In this document: piece by piece, positions 41,897 to 54,027 of the stretch
How positions within the stretch are numbered: the first letter of the stretch is position 1
How the letters are laid out: every line of letters begins with the position of its first letter
Assembly: GCA_951406725.2 (NCBI GenBank)
Contig: OX597818.1
Location: 9,672,001 to 9,736,000 of the forward strand
DNA length: 64,000 nucleotides
Direction: 5' to 3'
Source: Octopus vulgaris
Taxonomy: Eukaryota
Translations under genes and position numbers: made by a program
Notes under the pieces: model-generated
What the model saw: only the letters and a program-made list of their open reading frames with translations
The model's database searches: none
What the model was told of the DNA's origin: nothing

Positions 41897-42305
41897 AAGG
41901 AGGTGAGCAGGCAGAATATTTTGCACATTGGACAGAATACTTAGCAGCATTATATTCTGAGTTCAAATGCCACCGAGTTTGACTTCACCTTTCAACTTTT
42001 CAGGGTCGATAAAATAAGCTAACAGTTGAGTACTGGGATCGAGGACATTTATTAAACCACTCCTAAACTTTCAAGCTTTATGTCAATAGTAAAAAGACAA
42101 GGACTTTGAGCTTGTCAAATCGTTAGCACTTTGACCAAAATGCTCGGTGGCATTTATTCCGCTTCGTTACGTTCTGAATTAAAATACGACTGAGGCTAAA
42201 TTTGTCTTTCTTTCGGGGTCAATAAGATAAGTACTACTTCTTTACTGGTGTCGATGTAGCTGATTTGTCCACTCCCGAAAAGGTTTAACCATGCACCTAT
42301 AACAG
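41897..42305 (+). mobile_element. Two tandem decayed family-B SINEs followed by a (TTA)n/(TTG)n tail
   Basis: Heads near 41897 and 42105; both contain the GGGTC(G/A)ATAA(A/G)ATAAG core. Confidence 0.75.
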
Positions 42306-42306
42306 A

Positions 42307-42394
<88 letters not shown>

Positions 42395-42673
42395 TTGTTT
42401 TTGTTTTTGTTTTTGTTTTTGTTTTTGTTTTTGTTGTTCAGTAGTCTTATTTTTATCACGTGCTTTCACTGCACTACGGAACGCAGTTCTGTGTGCCTTG
42501 GATATGTGCTGTGGTTTGTTGTGGTCTTCTTATATTCACTGTATTGAATATGGGTTACGTAGAATGTGTACGGTGCCTAGTAGTGTTATTTTATATATGT
42601 TATATATTCGATTTACCTCTACTTACAAATTTTTATACTTTAAAATTATTATTATTATTATTATTAATACTAT

Positions 42674-42885
42674 GAAGGCAGCGAGCTGGCAGAATCGTTA
42701 GCATGCCGGGCATGCTTAGTGGTAATTTGTCTGCTGCTACGTTCTGAGTTCAAATTCCGTCGAAGTCGACTTTGCCTTTCATCCTTTCGGGGTCGATAAA
42801 TCATGCACCAGTGAAACACTGGAGTCGACGTAATTGACTTATGCCCTCCCGCAAAATGTCTGCCCTTCTGGCAAATTTTGAAGCC
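42674..42885 (+). mobile_element. SINE family B
   Basis: GGCAGCGAGCTGGCAGAATCGTTAGC...GACTTTGCCTTTCATCCTTTCGGGGTCGATAAA. Confidence 0.9.
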
Positions 42886-43941
42886 ATTATTGTTGTTGTT
42901 GCTGTTGTTGTTATATACACAATCACACACGCATACATGTTTGTACATGTGTTAAGTTTAGGTATGATGTGTGTGCATTCATGCATGTATGCAGGCATTC
43001 ATGTATGCATGTATGCATCTGTGTATGTATGTGTGCGAATGATTGAGTCTGTGTATGTATATGTGTGCAGTTTTCTGTGTGTTTATAGAAAATAATTGCA
43101 ATACAAGTGAAATGTTAGATTGGTTACAATGAAACACGGATATTAAAACATACAGAAATAAATATTAAATAACTGTTGGAGACTTTGTTGTTGCTATTAT
43201 TGTTTTAGGTTTAACTAAAAATAAAACAAAAGAGAAATGTAAATAAAACAAAGTATAAAAATAAAAAGTGAAAAAGAAAAGGACAGAAAATAACTAAATA
43301 ACTAAAACAAGGACATTTTTTTTATTGTAACAACAAAATTTCAAAAAATAACTGAACGATATTTTTCATCTGTTTTGTTAAATTTTTATTCACATTTTTT
43401 GACAAAAGAAGAAAAGACAATTGAAAAACAATATTGAAGATAACAATTCCAACGATAACAAAAACCAAACAAAAAGTAAAAAAAAAAGGCAAAAACATAT
43501 TGTAACGCGTCCTCTTTATTTGTGGTCGTTGTTGTTATTGTTATATAGATAATGTTGTTGTTGTTGCTGATGTCTATTGTTGTTGTAGGCCGAGGTCTGT
43601 TGTCTGCCGTTGCCATCGATAAAACGCTTATCATCATCATGAGTGTGATGATGATACTGAGGCTGCTGCTGCTGCTGCCACTAATGATGACGATGATGAT
43701 GAGGAGGAGGAGGAGGAGGAAGAGCAGGGGAGAAGTGTGCTGGTGGGTATCGAAGAAGGAATAAGAAGTGGTATGCTAAATGCTAATAATGCTGATGTTA
43801 ACGATGATTACTCGCATGAGGAAGATGATGATGATGATGATGATAGGGACAGAGAAGGAATTCAAAGAGTGGGTGAGTGAGTGAGTGAGAGAGAGAGAGA
43901 AAGAGAGCGAGAAAGAGAGAGAGGCTAAGAGATCAGATTCA

Positions 43942-43972
43942 GAGTGAAATGCGGTTTGTGCCGCTTATTATA
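43942..43972 (-). promoter_or_regulatory. Possible TATA + Initiator core promoter
   Basis: Minus-strand TATAATA lies ~27 nt upstream of TCACTC, followed by a CT-rich and trinucleotide-rich leader. Motif spacing only; no downstream exon identified. Confidence 0.2.
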
Positions 43973-44365
43973 TTCATTAGGATTTCAAAGACCAAAATAT
44001 CAAAAGTTGAAGAAGAAAAAAAAGAAAAAAAATCTTTAAACGAGAAATCAAGTTAAATGGGGTGGGAAGAGACCCATTTTTTTTTGTTCTTTTTGTATAT
44101 AAGGTTTTATTTAACTCTCTTTTTAATTATGATTTTTTCCAGTTATTTTCCCGTTTTCTTTTCTAAATGTTTGTTATTCACACACACGCACGCACACACG
44201 CACACACACACTACATTCTATTATAGTATATATTATTATATTATATTATATTATATATTTATTTGTCTTCCTCTCCTTCATTTCCCTCATTGAAATCATT
44301 AAATAAAATCTTTCTCCCCAAAAAAGCTAAATTAAAAACTGAAATATAGTTAAATATGTGAGTAT

Positions 44366-44417
<52 letters not shown>

Positions 44418-44469
44418 TAATTAATATACACATATCGGTAATATGTACATGTATATATATATGTGTATA

Positions 44470-44514
<45 letters not shown>

Positions 44515-44587
44515 GTATGTATGTATTTATGTATGTATATATATATATATATGTAATATATATGTGTATATGTGTATGCATCTTTGT

Positions 44588-44643
<56 letters not shown>

Positions 44644-46319
44644 TTTTTCTTTTCTTTTATTATGGGGCTTATTTGTCGGCTTAGATTTTAATAGTCTAGT
44701 ATTCTTTTATAATTTATTCATTTATTTATTGCCTTTTTACCACTATATTTTTTTTTTCAAACAATTTTTCACAACTCTTTTTCTGCTTTATTTTTGTTAT
44801 ATTTGTGAGACAGTTATTTTTCTTTGTTTCATTGTTCTTTGTTGTTGTTGTTGTTTTTTATGTCATGTTTATTTTTGGTTTTCAAACGCTAATAATACGG
44901 ACTCTAATAACAAAATAGCTAATAACGAACATTCCATTCCTGCACAACAGCCATGACTACAAACCTCACCATCAAGATCATTACCACCATTATAAACATC
45001 AATACTATATATTTCTGTTGTTACTTAGTTGTGGCAATAAAATACATCATTAATATTTCTGTAAAGAAGACGGGTACGTTAGCCACAATGTCCGTTTGTT
45101 ATCTGTAACCTCTCCGTGGAGAGTTTATAGTGCCGTAGCTAATTATCAGTAGGTATGCGTTGAGGCTCCGACATCTACAATTTTTTTCAGCTGTTCTATA
45201 AATGTCGAATTATATTTCTAGGCATATCTTTTCTTAGCTTGTAAATTTAACTGAACTGCAATTCTGAGTCAGGTTGAGAGCAGCATAGAATGTCTGGCAT
45301 TTGGAATTTTCTCACGCGCACATAATCCTTTCTATACCAACAGGCGGACAATAAGACTAATACAGTAATCCTTGCATTTTACAGATATTAACATATCAGA
45401 AGATACTCTGAATGTCGTTGACGATCAACGGATCAATCTCTTCTAAATGGCTCTCTGCTAAAGGACTGTGCATGTTGGCTTCAAGAAGTCTCTGGAATTG
45501 GCAGAGCTATGGTTTTGGGAGAACTGCTGGTTCGAGATAAAATCTAACAACATTGTATTGTCTAAGGTGCAGGCATTAGATAAATCTGTTTCCACGTATT
45601 CATTAAGTGTCTCAACAATACTGATATTTTTTAGTGTTGTTGCTGGTAACCGAGGCATAGCCTGCTGTCTTTTATTCACAGACAAAGGTAAAGTATTTCC
45701 CCTGTACTATGGCTATGGTAAAAATAGAAAAATTGTATCTTGAACATAACTAACAAGACTTAGGAGGTGCGATCTCTGCTTCACGCAATTCTTTCAGGTA
45801 CATTATGAAGAGTAAGGTAATGGCGCAGAAGAAGGAGCTACTCCCAATAAATTTGCTGAAGGTGAGTGATATCAGCGAGCACATCTTTCTTTGGGCATGT
45901 GATCAATGGAATAATTTGAGATGACATTTATAGTTGATAGACACAGCAGTCTTGAGATTATATGAGATTGCATAAGTGGCACCAACTGAGGCAGTGCATT
46001 GATTTCATATCTCCTTTGCATTTATTTTTGTCTCCATGTATTACCGATTAACGCAAACCATTTAAAACACCTAATGTATTTGTAATGTCACCTTATGTAC
46101 TTGTAATGTCCCTATTCGCTGCACTTGCGACAATAAATTATAATATTCTGAAAAACGTCAGCTTTATTTTGCTGGTTATGATGGAAAGTGTCAACTGTGC
46201 ACAACCAGCAGACTGAGGTGGATATTCTTGTTGTTGCTGCTGCTGCTGTTGGTGTAGTTCTTCCTAGTAGTAGTAGTAGTAGTAGTAGTAGGTAACAAGA
46301 ACAACAACAACAATAATAA

Positions 46320-46432
46320 GCTTTTCTACTATAGGAACGAAAGCCTGAAATTTTTTCGGGGGTAAAAGGCAAAGTCGACCTCGGTGAAATTTGAACTCAG
46401 AACATAAAGACGGACGAAATACCACTAAGCAT
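46320..46432 (-). mobile_element. Internally deleted family-B SINE fragment
   Basis: AAAGGCAAAGTCGACCTCGGTGAAATTTGAACTCAGAAC is joined directly to tail sequence. Confidence 0.75.
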
Positions 46433-46436
46433 TTAC

Positions 46437-46492
<56 letters not shown>

Positions 46493-46494
46493 TG

Positions 46495-46543
<49 letters not shown>

Positions 46544-46562
46544 TAATAATAATAATAATAAT

Positions 46563-47977
46563 GCACGTAACAAGGTGTTAGCTATAAATTCCTTAGCAGT
46601 TCCAGTTGTTACTTATAGCTACAATGTGTTGAACTGGAATATGAGTGAAGTAAAGAATATAGATAGAAAAATACGCAAGCTGCTGAGTTGTAATAGGATG
46701 CACCACCCAAAGGCAGACGTAGATCGCCTTTACCTTCCCAGAGCCCAAGGAGGTCGAGGCCTGATCCAATTTGAACTAGCTTACAAAACAACCACAATTG
46801 GACTGGCCAAATATCTCGAAATATCGAATGACTGGATGCTAAAGCTCGTGGAAAATCACGAGAGACGAAAGAAGCTTCATTCTATCATCAAGGAAAGCAA
46901 AAAATTTGCTATTGATCTCGTGCAGGATACCCAAACTGAACAACCCGAGGGAAGTACGGCAACTATTGTTGCAAAGAAGGTGAAAATGATGGCAATGAAA
47001 AAAGCGCACGAGCAATTGGCTGATAGGTGGGAGGAGAAACCTCTGCACGGCAAATATGTGACCCGCAGCAAACAAGCTGATGTTGACCAGAAGCAAACCC
47101 ATCAGTGGCTGCGGAGCTCAGGGCTAAAAGCAGAGAGCGAAGGTTTCATCCTGGCTGCTCAAGACCAAAGCCTATTAACCCGGAACTACCAGGCCAATGT
47201 GATGAAAAATGGAGCAGACCCAAAATGCCGATTCTGCAACGACATGATTGAAACAGTGGACCACCTAATCTCTGGATGTAAAGTTTTAGCACCAGTGGAG
47301 TATAAATTAAGACATGACAGAGTTGGCCAATATCTCCACTGGCTAATAAGTCGGCATTACAATATCAAAACTGCCGACAAGTGGTATAATCACCACCCTG
47401 AGGCTGTAACTGAAGGAGAAAATGTAACCATTCTGTGGGACTTTCCAGTACATACAGACCGAACCATCAAGGCCAATAAACCAGATATTGTTGTGAAAGA
47501 CCAAAACAATAAAGTTTGCTTATTGATCGACATGAGCATCCCCTGTGATCATAATATCTCAGCGAAAGAGTTTGACAAGCTCAGAAAATATAAAGACCTA
47601 CTCATTGAAATTGAGAAAATGTGGCATCTCAAGGCGGTTACAATACCAGTGATCGTAGGAGCACTAGGAATGATCAAGAAGGGAACCGAAAATTATATGA
47701 GAATGATCCCTGGCTTACCATCCCTGCAAGAAGTGCAAAAGATTGTCTTAACTGGTACATCACACGTATTGAGAAGAGCATTGTCGATGTGAGAACTGTT
47801 GCTGCTCATGTATTTTAATTTAACTTTAAAAAAAAAAAATTTAAAAAAAAAAAAATGAACGAACTACTGAGTTTGGTTTAATGGCCTACCAATATACACT
47901 ATGAGTTTCTTTGCCCTAGGAGTCGGGAAGACACTCGGCAAGAAATGGAAGAAAATTTGAAAGAAGAAAAAAAAAAG
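46563..47977 (+). mobile_element. 5'-truncated, young R4/Dong retrotransposon inserted in (TAA)n
   Basis: Flanked by (AAT)n at 46436-46562 and 47978-48013, the known Dong target. Intact 3' ORF; 3' UTR with a stem-loop at 47906-47945. Confidence 0.93.
46575..47792 (+). CDS. R4/Dong polyprotein C-terminal part (RT thumb, CCHC zinc knuckle, REL endonuclease); 5'-truncated, no true start codon
   Basis: 405 aa without stops: RLYLPR..GGRGL, ESEGFILAAQDQ, CRFC..ETVDHLISGC, RHDRV, KPDIVV..LIDMSIP, K..KYKDL, PVIVGALG. Confidence 0.9.
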   Translation: MLAINSLAVPVVTYSYNVLNWNMSEVKNIDRKIRKLLSCNRMHHPKADVDRLYLPRAQGGRGLIQFELAYKTTTIGLAKYLEISNDWMLKLVENHERRKKLHSIIKESKKFAIDLVQDTQTEQPEGSTATIVAKKVKMMAMKKAHEQLADRWEEKPLHGKYVTRSKQADVDQKQTHQWLRSSGLKAESEGFILAAQDQSLLTRNYQANVMKNGADPKCRFCNDMIETVDHLISGCKVLAPVEYKLRHDRVGQYLHWLISRHYNIKTADKWYNHHPEAVTEGENVTILWDFPVHTDRTIKANKPDIVVKDQNNKVCLLIDMSIPCDHNISAKEFDKLRKYKDLLIEIEKMWHLKAVTIPVIVGALGMIKKGTENYMRMIPGLPSLQEVQKIVLTGTSHVLRRALSM

Positions 47978-48019
47978 TAATAATAATAATAATAATAACA
48001 ATAATAATAATAACAACAC

Positions 48020-48222
48020 CCTTTCTACAATAGACACAAGGATTGAAATCTGCGGGGAGGGGACTAGTCGATTACATAGACCCCAGTACTCAATTTTATC
48101 GACCTCGAAAGGATGAAAGACAAAGTTGACTTCGGCGGAATTTGAACTCAGAACGTAAAGACGGACGAAATGCTGCTAAGCATTTTGCCGACGTGCAAAC
48201 GACTCTGCCAAGCTCGATGCCT
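48020..48222 (-). mobile_element. SINE family B
   Basis: Reverse-complement match to head and core; its 3' end runs into the (TTA)n tract that holds the Dong insertion. Confidence 0.88.
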
Positions 48223-48227
48223 TAACA

Positions 48228-48264
<37 letters not shown>

Positions 48265-49099
48265 TGACGATGATGATGATGATGATGATGATGATAATAA
48301 TAATAATAGCAATAATAATATTTTCTTTATTGGTAACAAGACAAAAAGGATGACACTAGACATAGGACACGAGGGGCTTACACAAAATAAGTGTAAACAA
48401 TAGAAAAAACAATAGCAACAAACTTTACACAGTAAAATTCCCTTAAAAATAGGAGAGTGCTACCACCCAGACGCAACCCAGGAAGTTCACACATCCTGGT
48501 CATCCCGACCGCCAATTGCACCCCAGGCACACACCCTTCTCCTTTTCATTTTCTCCAATCAACAGGCGCATGTTTTGAATAGGTCCATTCACACGAGCCA
48601 TCCGCGCCTCATTTCACAGCTTTGAACAAAATTACTGGTGGGCAGCACTTCCTTCTCCGGCCTCACTTTTCTTTTCAAGTGGGACTTCGAAACGTCGAAG
48701 AGGTCCAGGGCGAAGAGTTTCAACCCTTTCAACTTCGTCAACCACATTACCTCTTTCGCAATATCTACCAGAAAGAGGGAAAATTCCTGCGCTTCCCAGG
48801 CAAAAGTAGGCGACTAAATGAACTTCACGGTGGGCTCGGCGGATAACGGGATCCGACCTTCACGCAACAACGGCTGTTCGACAAAGATTCTCAAGTCAGT
48901 ACTGCTGAAACACTGAATAAGTGCATGGAGAAAAGTTTCCTTGCTTTGAGCGCATCTGGGTTAGATCCGTCCAACAGCACTTTCGTGCATGGAAAGCATA
49001 CTTCGATCTGGCAGAGAACCCGATAGCACTGTCAGGACAGAGATTTCTGGAAATTATCCATTGGTTCTGGCCTAAACGTTCTCCATAAAGCACCATCTA

Positions 49100-50800
49100 C
49101 ACTACCGTCAGAAATTAATTAGCACCCTTGATTTTCTCTTCACTCAAGGTATTTGCTGTCACCTAGTGGCCATATCTCGAACTATTGCTTTGTTGTGAGT
49201 TCACTGTTGCGCAGAACGATGACGTAACTTTGTTTGCAGAGCAGTTTGAGAGTCTACAGCCTAATGATGTTGACATAGCAGTGCAACAACAACTTGGAGT
49301 GCGGATGCAGACAAATCTTCCTTTGTTTAATAGATATAGGTAGCGCCTCGCAAGGACCGAAATCACACCGTACTAAGTTTTCTCATCGCGTAAGACGTTT
49401 TGAACAGCTCGTAGGTTAATTGATTTGTGTATTTGCAAGATTTTTTTTCCTCACAAATTCTCCTACACTCTGCTTGATGACGTCACTTCTGGTTCACAAA
49501 ACTTTCTGTTATACATCAAATAAGGTGAGAAATTCTGCTTTCTTTCTTTTTTGTTTAATGAATAATAACTCATAGCAGTTTTGTTATACCATAACATTAT
49601 TCAAATGAATAGTTTTAATGAAAATAACTGGTTTTTATCGTTCATTCCTAGATGGGCCCAAGACCTCGCATGACCTTGGAGAGACGGTACGAGGCTCTCT
49701 CGTGGCGTAGGAAGCTGTCGGAGGCTGCAATAGCCAGAAAACTTGGTGTAGCCAGGCGCACAATTCAGTGCTTATTTAAGAAATACGAGGAAACCGGATC
49801 AGCAGCTGACAAAAAGGGTAGGGGACGGAAGAGGCTGACGACCCAGCGAGAGGACCGGATGCTGATCCGAAAGTCGCTGTACAACCGAAGGGCAACGAGC
49901 CAGCAACTGGCGGAGGAGATGCAAAAGATGACAGGGAAGCAGTGGTCTACAACCACCGTCAAGACCAGATTACTGGAAGCTGGTCTAAAATCCTGTAGGG
50001 CCGCCCATAAGCCGCTCCTTACAGCCCAAAACTGAAAGAGGCGGCTGCTCTGGGCCCGTGCCCACAAGACATGGACCGTGCAGCAGTGGTGGACAGTGAT
50101 GTTCACTGACTGAGTCGCGATTCAGTCTCGTCAGTGACAAGCCTGTCCATGTGCGACGCCGCAGGGGTGAGCGCTTCAACAAAGACTGCATTGCTCTCAC
50201 CATGAAGCATGGTGGGGGTGGTCTGATGGTGTGAGGGGCGTTCAGCTACAGTGGTGTTGGGCGGCTTTATGCGGTCGAAGGCAACATCAACGCAGCAAAA
50301 TACGTTGAGATAGTACGGGATACCTCTTTGGTGGCGAGGAGTACGTGCTCCAGCAGGACAACGTGCCTTCCCACACAGCCAAGCTCACAACCGGTTTCTT
50401 CAAGGACCATGGGGTGACGGTCATGGACTGGCCTGGCCAGTCACCTGACCTGAACCCTATTGAGAACCTCTGGAGTCGATTGGGTAGGGATTTGAATGTG
50501 CAGCAATACAGGAACCGACACAAGCTGTTTGGGGCACTTCTTGCTGCATGGAGGGCCATCCCTGCACGCACTCATAGACAGCATGCCGACCCGCGTAGCA
50601 GCTGTCATTGCTGCCAAAGGAGGAGCAACAAGATATTGACTAAATTTCACGATTAATAACAATTATGTGGTGTGCTGGGATATGTTTTAATAAATTTTTG
50701 ATTATAAACGAGTTCGTTTCTGATAATAAGTTAATTAAATTAAGAAAACGTAAGAAAATGTAGAAATTTGAGAAGTGCTAATTAATTTCCGTCGCAAGTG
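49100..50800 (+). mobile_element. Full-length Tc1 (DD34E) DNA transposon, 1701 bp
   Basis: TA duplication at 49098-49099 and 50801-50802; 26-bp TIRs CACTACCGTCAGAAATTAATTAGCAC / CACTTGCGACGGAAATTAATTAGCAC (22/26 identical). Confidence 0.95.
49652..50639 (+). pseudogene. Tc1 transposase pseudogene
   Basis: HTH and GRGRKRLTT N-terminus, FTD/ESRF (frameshifted), QQDNVPSH...WPGQSPDLNPIENLW with 34 residues between D and E, ending GGATRY*. Premature TGA at 50033 and ~50232. Confidence 0.93.
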
Positions 50801-51190
50801 TACATGATCTCCCCCAACACCCAGGTTTTCGCTGAGGATGTCGTTGTTCTTGCTCACCACTAATCCCCTAGATAACATTAAAGTAGTATTTCCACCGACC
50901 GCATTGCTCGACAGGCAGGGGGCTGCGAGGGCTTGCCGTTATTCAAGGTGCCAGGCGCAATTTCTCGTCCAGAGGACAGTGCCAAGTATTGATAGTTGAA
51001 TTTGTTGAAAGCCTTCGATTGATCTAAATTTATCAAAGACACCCTCCCATGCCAGGATCCTTACCTACTCTCTCTATGATGTAACGCGTTGAGTAGAGGT
51101 CGCCGTGAATAGATCTCTTTGGGACAGCGCATCTCTTCGCGTCACCTACCAGTCTATCAATGTCAAGCACCAACCCTTTGACCAATACCT

Positions 51191-51420
51191 ATTTCTTTAC
51201 TACCCACAAGGAGCTAGACACAGAGAGGACAAACAAGGACAGACAAACGGATTAAGTCGATTATATCGACCCCAGTGCGTAACTGGTACTTATTTAATCG
51301 ACCCCGAAAGGATGAAAGGCAAAGTCGACCTCGGCGGAATTTGAACTCAGAACGTAATGGCAGACGAAATACGGCTACGCATTTCGCCCGGCGTACTAAC
51401 GCTTCTGCCAGCTCGCCGCC
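51191..51420 (-). mobile_element. Young family-B SINE with alternative 3' tail
   Basis: Near-consensus head and core; 14-bp TSD TTTGA(C/T)CAATACCT at 51177-51190 and 51421-51434; tail TTAATCCGTTTGTCTGTCCTTG...GTAAAGAAATAG. Confidence 0.92.
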
Positions 51421-52766
51421 TTTGATCAATACCTTGACTAAAATTTCGGAATCTGCATTTAGCAGAATTACGGGCCTAAAATTATCTATATTTTTCCGTT
51501 GTTCAGTTTCTTTCTCTACGCCGCAGCTCACAACACTGGGAATTCTCCCGTTCCGTTGTCCGTTGCAGCAGACCTCGGCCAAGAGATCACCGAACATGTC
51601 TGGCATACGAAAATAAAACTCGAAGGGCTGACAGTTGTGGAGACAGTGGGATTAATGTTGTTGTATTTCTGTTTGTTGTGAGAACGTTTATTGCGTTTTC
51701 TGGTGTGTTGGCGCGAAGCAAGGTGTTTTCTCAGTTATCTTTTCTGTTTGACTGTGAGGTGTTGTTCATCGTCTTCACTTCTGTATGTGGAGACTAGTAT
51801 CTATCTCGGATATGGGTAGGGTGTGTTTTTGTTTGTGTGAGTGTCTCTCTGTGAATGTATGTTTGAGAAAAGGGGGAGAGGGAGAGCTGGGTTGAGAGAA
51901 GCCCTCTGTGGTTCTTTCCGTGTTTTTCTTGTTGATGTTGGGATAGTGATGACAGAATAACGAGAGCTGTTCTTGTCTCTACTGTTTTGTTGTTATATCT
52001 TACCCTCTTATTGTTTTCCCAACAGCTGGTGTAGTTGTTTGTGCTGATGTTCTAACTGGCGGTAATTTCCTTGTTCCTGCTGTCTCCGTTGTTGATGATG
52101 CTGCAGGTGTGGCGTATTGTCTTTGTTGTTGCTATTGTTGAGCGCACTGTAACAATGGCCTCGAGCCTCCTATTTTTCGGGGCAGAATGCACTAAGGTGT
52201 CTTGTGGTCCCACAAAATTCGCATATACACTTTCTACCTTCTACAACACAGATTTGCTGTTGCCTGTTGTTGCTGCTATTTTCATTATCTCTGATGTCCT
52301 TTCGCGGGCTTAACTTCGTCCTACTACTGGTGATGGTAGGAGGGGTGATAGTGTGGCTGATATTTCCTGCGATACTGCCAACGTCTAGCAGTCCGACGGT
52401 ATTGAGGCTGCCGTTTTTGTTGTTGTTGTTGTTGTTGTTGACGACGTTGCTGTAGCTGCCGCTCTCAACAATCGGCTCCTGTAACTTAATGGAATGAGTG
52501 AATGAAGTGAAGGAAAGTATTCGGCGGTGGAAGAAACGGTTCTCTCCCTCAATGCTCCCATAACGAATGTTGTTGACGCCAACTTGTATATGGATCTTCT
52601 TTAAAACGCCAACCGAGCAAAAGACATCTCCTTGCAGGGCAAGACAGCTACACAATACTTCTGATGCTCTTAATAAGTTATAACAAACATTTTACAAAAA
52701 AACACAACAAATCTGATGAAAACAATGGTTTTAAACGAGACTTACGGACCGTGTTCAGTGAATAAC

Positions 52767-52815
<49 letters not shown>

Positions 52816-52837
52816 GTAATAATAATAATAATAATAA

Positions 52838-53075
52838 TAAGACGCCATAACAATGTGGCAAGAATGATGCATTGGAAGCCCTGTGGAAATCACGGCCTAC
52901 AAAGATCAAAGACATGTTATGAGCAAACCCAAGAAGGAGTCACCGAGAATGAGAATTGCAAAATCATTTGGGATGCAATGATCCAGTGCCATCACCTGAC
53001 CAGACAATGAATAAAAAAGAAAGAACATACGTAATAATCGACATATCATGCCCGCCCCGATGACAACAGGTTCAA
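52838..53075 (+). mobile_element. R4/Dong REL-domain fragment after (AAT)n
   Basis: Reads RRHNNVARMMHWK.CG..GL....EGVTENENCKIIWDAMIQC; directly follows (AAT)n at 52768-52839. Confidence 0.8.
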
Positions 53076-53187
53076 TGTTATTTTGATACACACATATATA
53101 TGCATATATAGAGAGACAGACAGACAGATGTATATGTATATATGTATATCTATATACATACATATATGTTTAAATATACGTATATAT

Positions 53188-53376
53188 AGGGAGAATTCAC
53201 AAAAAGAAAACAAAAGACGGAGGCAGGTGATGGAGACAACAAACAGATGTATTAGTATAACGCTCGGGAAGTGAAAAAGTCTTTAATGTTTCGAGCCTAC
53301 GCTCTTCCACAGAAAGGAACACAAAGAAACAAGGAGAGAAAATAAAGAATGTGTGGTTGCTAGCTATCTATCATGG
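53188..53376 (-). repeat. ~190-bp unit with hammerhead-like motif, copy 1
   Basis: Homologous to 53843-54027; minus strand CTGTGGAA-GAGC-GTAG-GCTC-GAAAC-ATT; flanked by (TA)n. Confidence 0.75.
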
Positions 53377-53378
53377 TA

Positions 53379-53424
<46 letters not shown>

Positions 53425-53799
53425 TATATATACAAATTGAGATAGGGGTTGTAAATGCAACCCTCCATGGGATAACAATACTGCTAGTGAAGTACCCAAC
53501 AAAGTTAATATATAAATGTTAAGAATTGCGATGCAATTAATTCATTTACTGTATTATATGGGCAAAGGTAAAATGTTTTACCACAAATTCAAAATACAAA
53601 ATAAGAAAATGGAGAAATACATCCAAATCAAATATCAATTACCAGATAATACCCAATCACATATTTTATTAAACCAACACATAAGAAACTTTAAGGTCAA
53701 ACATAATAATATAGAACAAAACAGTGTACATAAAGGAGTAATATGATACAATAAGTACAATATGTATAAGAGAATATAAATATAAATAAATATAAATAT

Positions 53800-53842
<43 letters not shown>

Positions 53843-53851
<9 letters not shown>

Positions 53852-54027
53852 ACGAAAAAAACAAAAGACGGAGACAGGTGGTGTACAAAACAAACAGAGG
53901 TATTAGTATAACGCTCAGGAATATAAAAAGTCTTTTACGTTTCGAGCCTACGCTCTTCAACAGAAAAGGACACAGAAAAAACAAGGAGAGAAAAAATGTG
54001 TGTAGTGGCTAACGATCTATCATGGCG
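53843..54027 (-). repeat. ~190-bp unit with hammerhead-like motif, copy 2
   Basis: Minus strand CTGTTGAA-GAGC-GTAG-GCTC-GAAAC-GTA; flanked by (GA)n and (TA)n. Confidence 0.75.

Larger units (their letters stand above)
48420..52680 (-). mobile_element. Tx1/L1-like LINE relic, interrupted by Tc1 and a SINE
   Basis: ORF1-type zinc knuckle CEFCGTTRHLSAFC (52170..52655); RT motifs NFRPVILLNADSEILVKVL (51214..51606) and INLDQSKAF (~51010-51036); decayed 3' part at 48420-49097. Confidence 0.78.
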
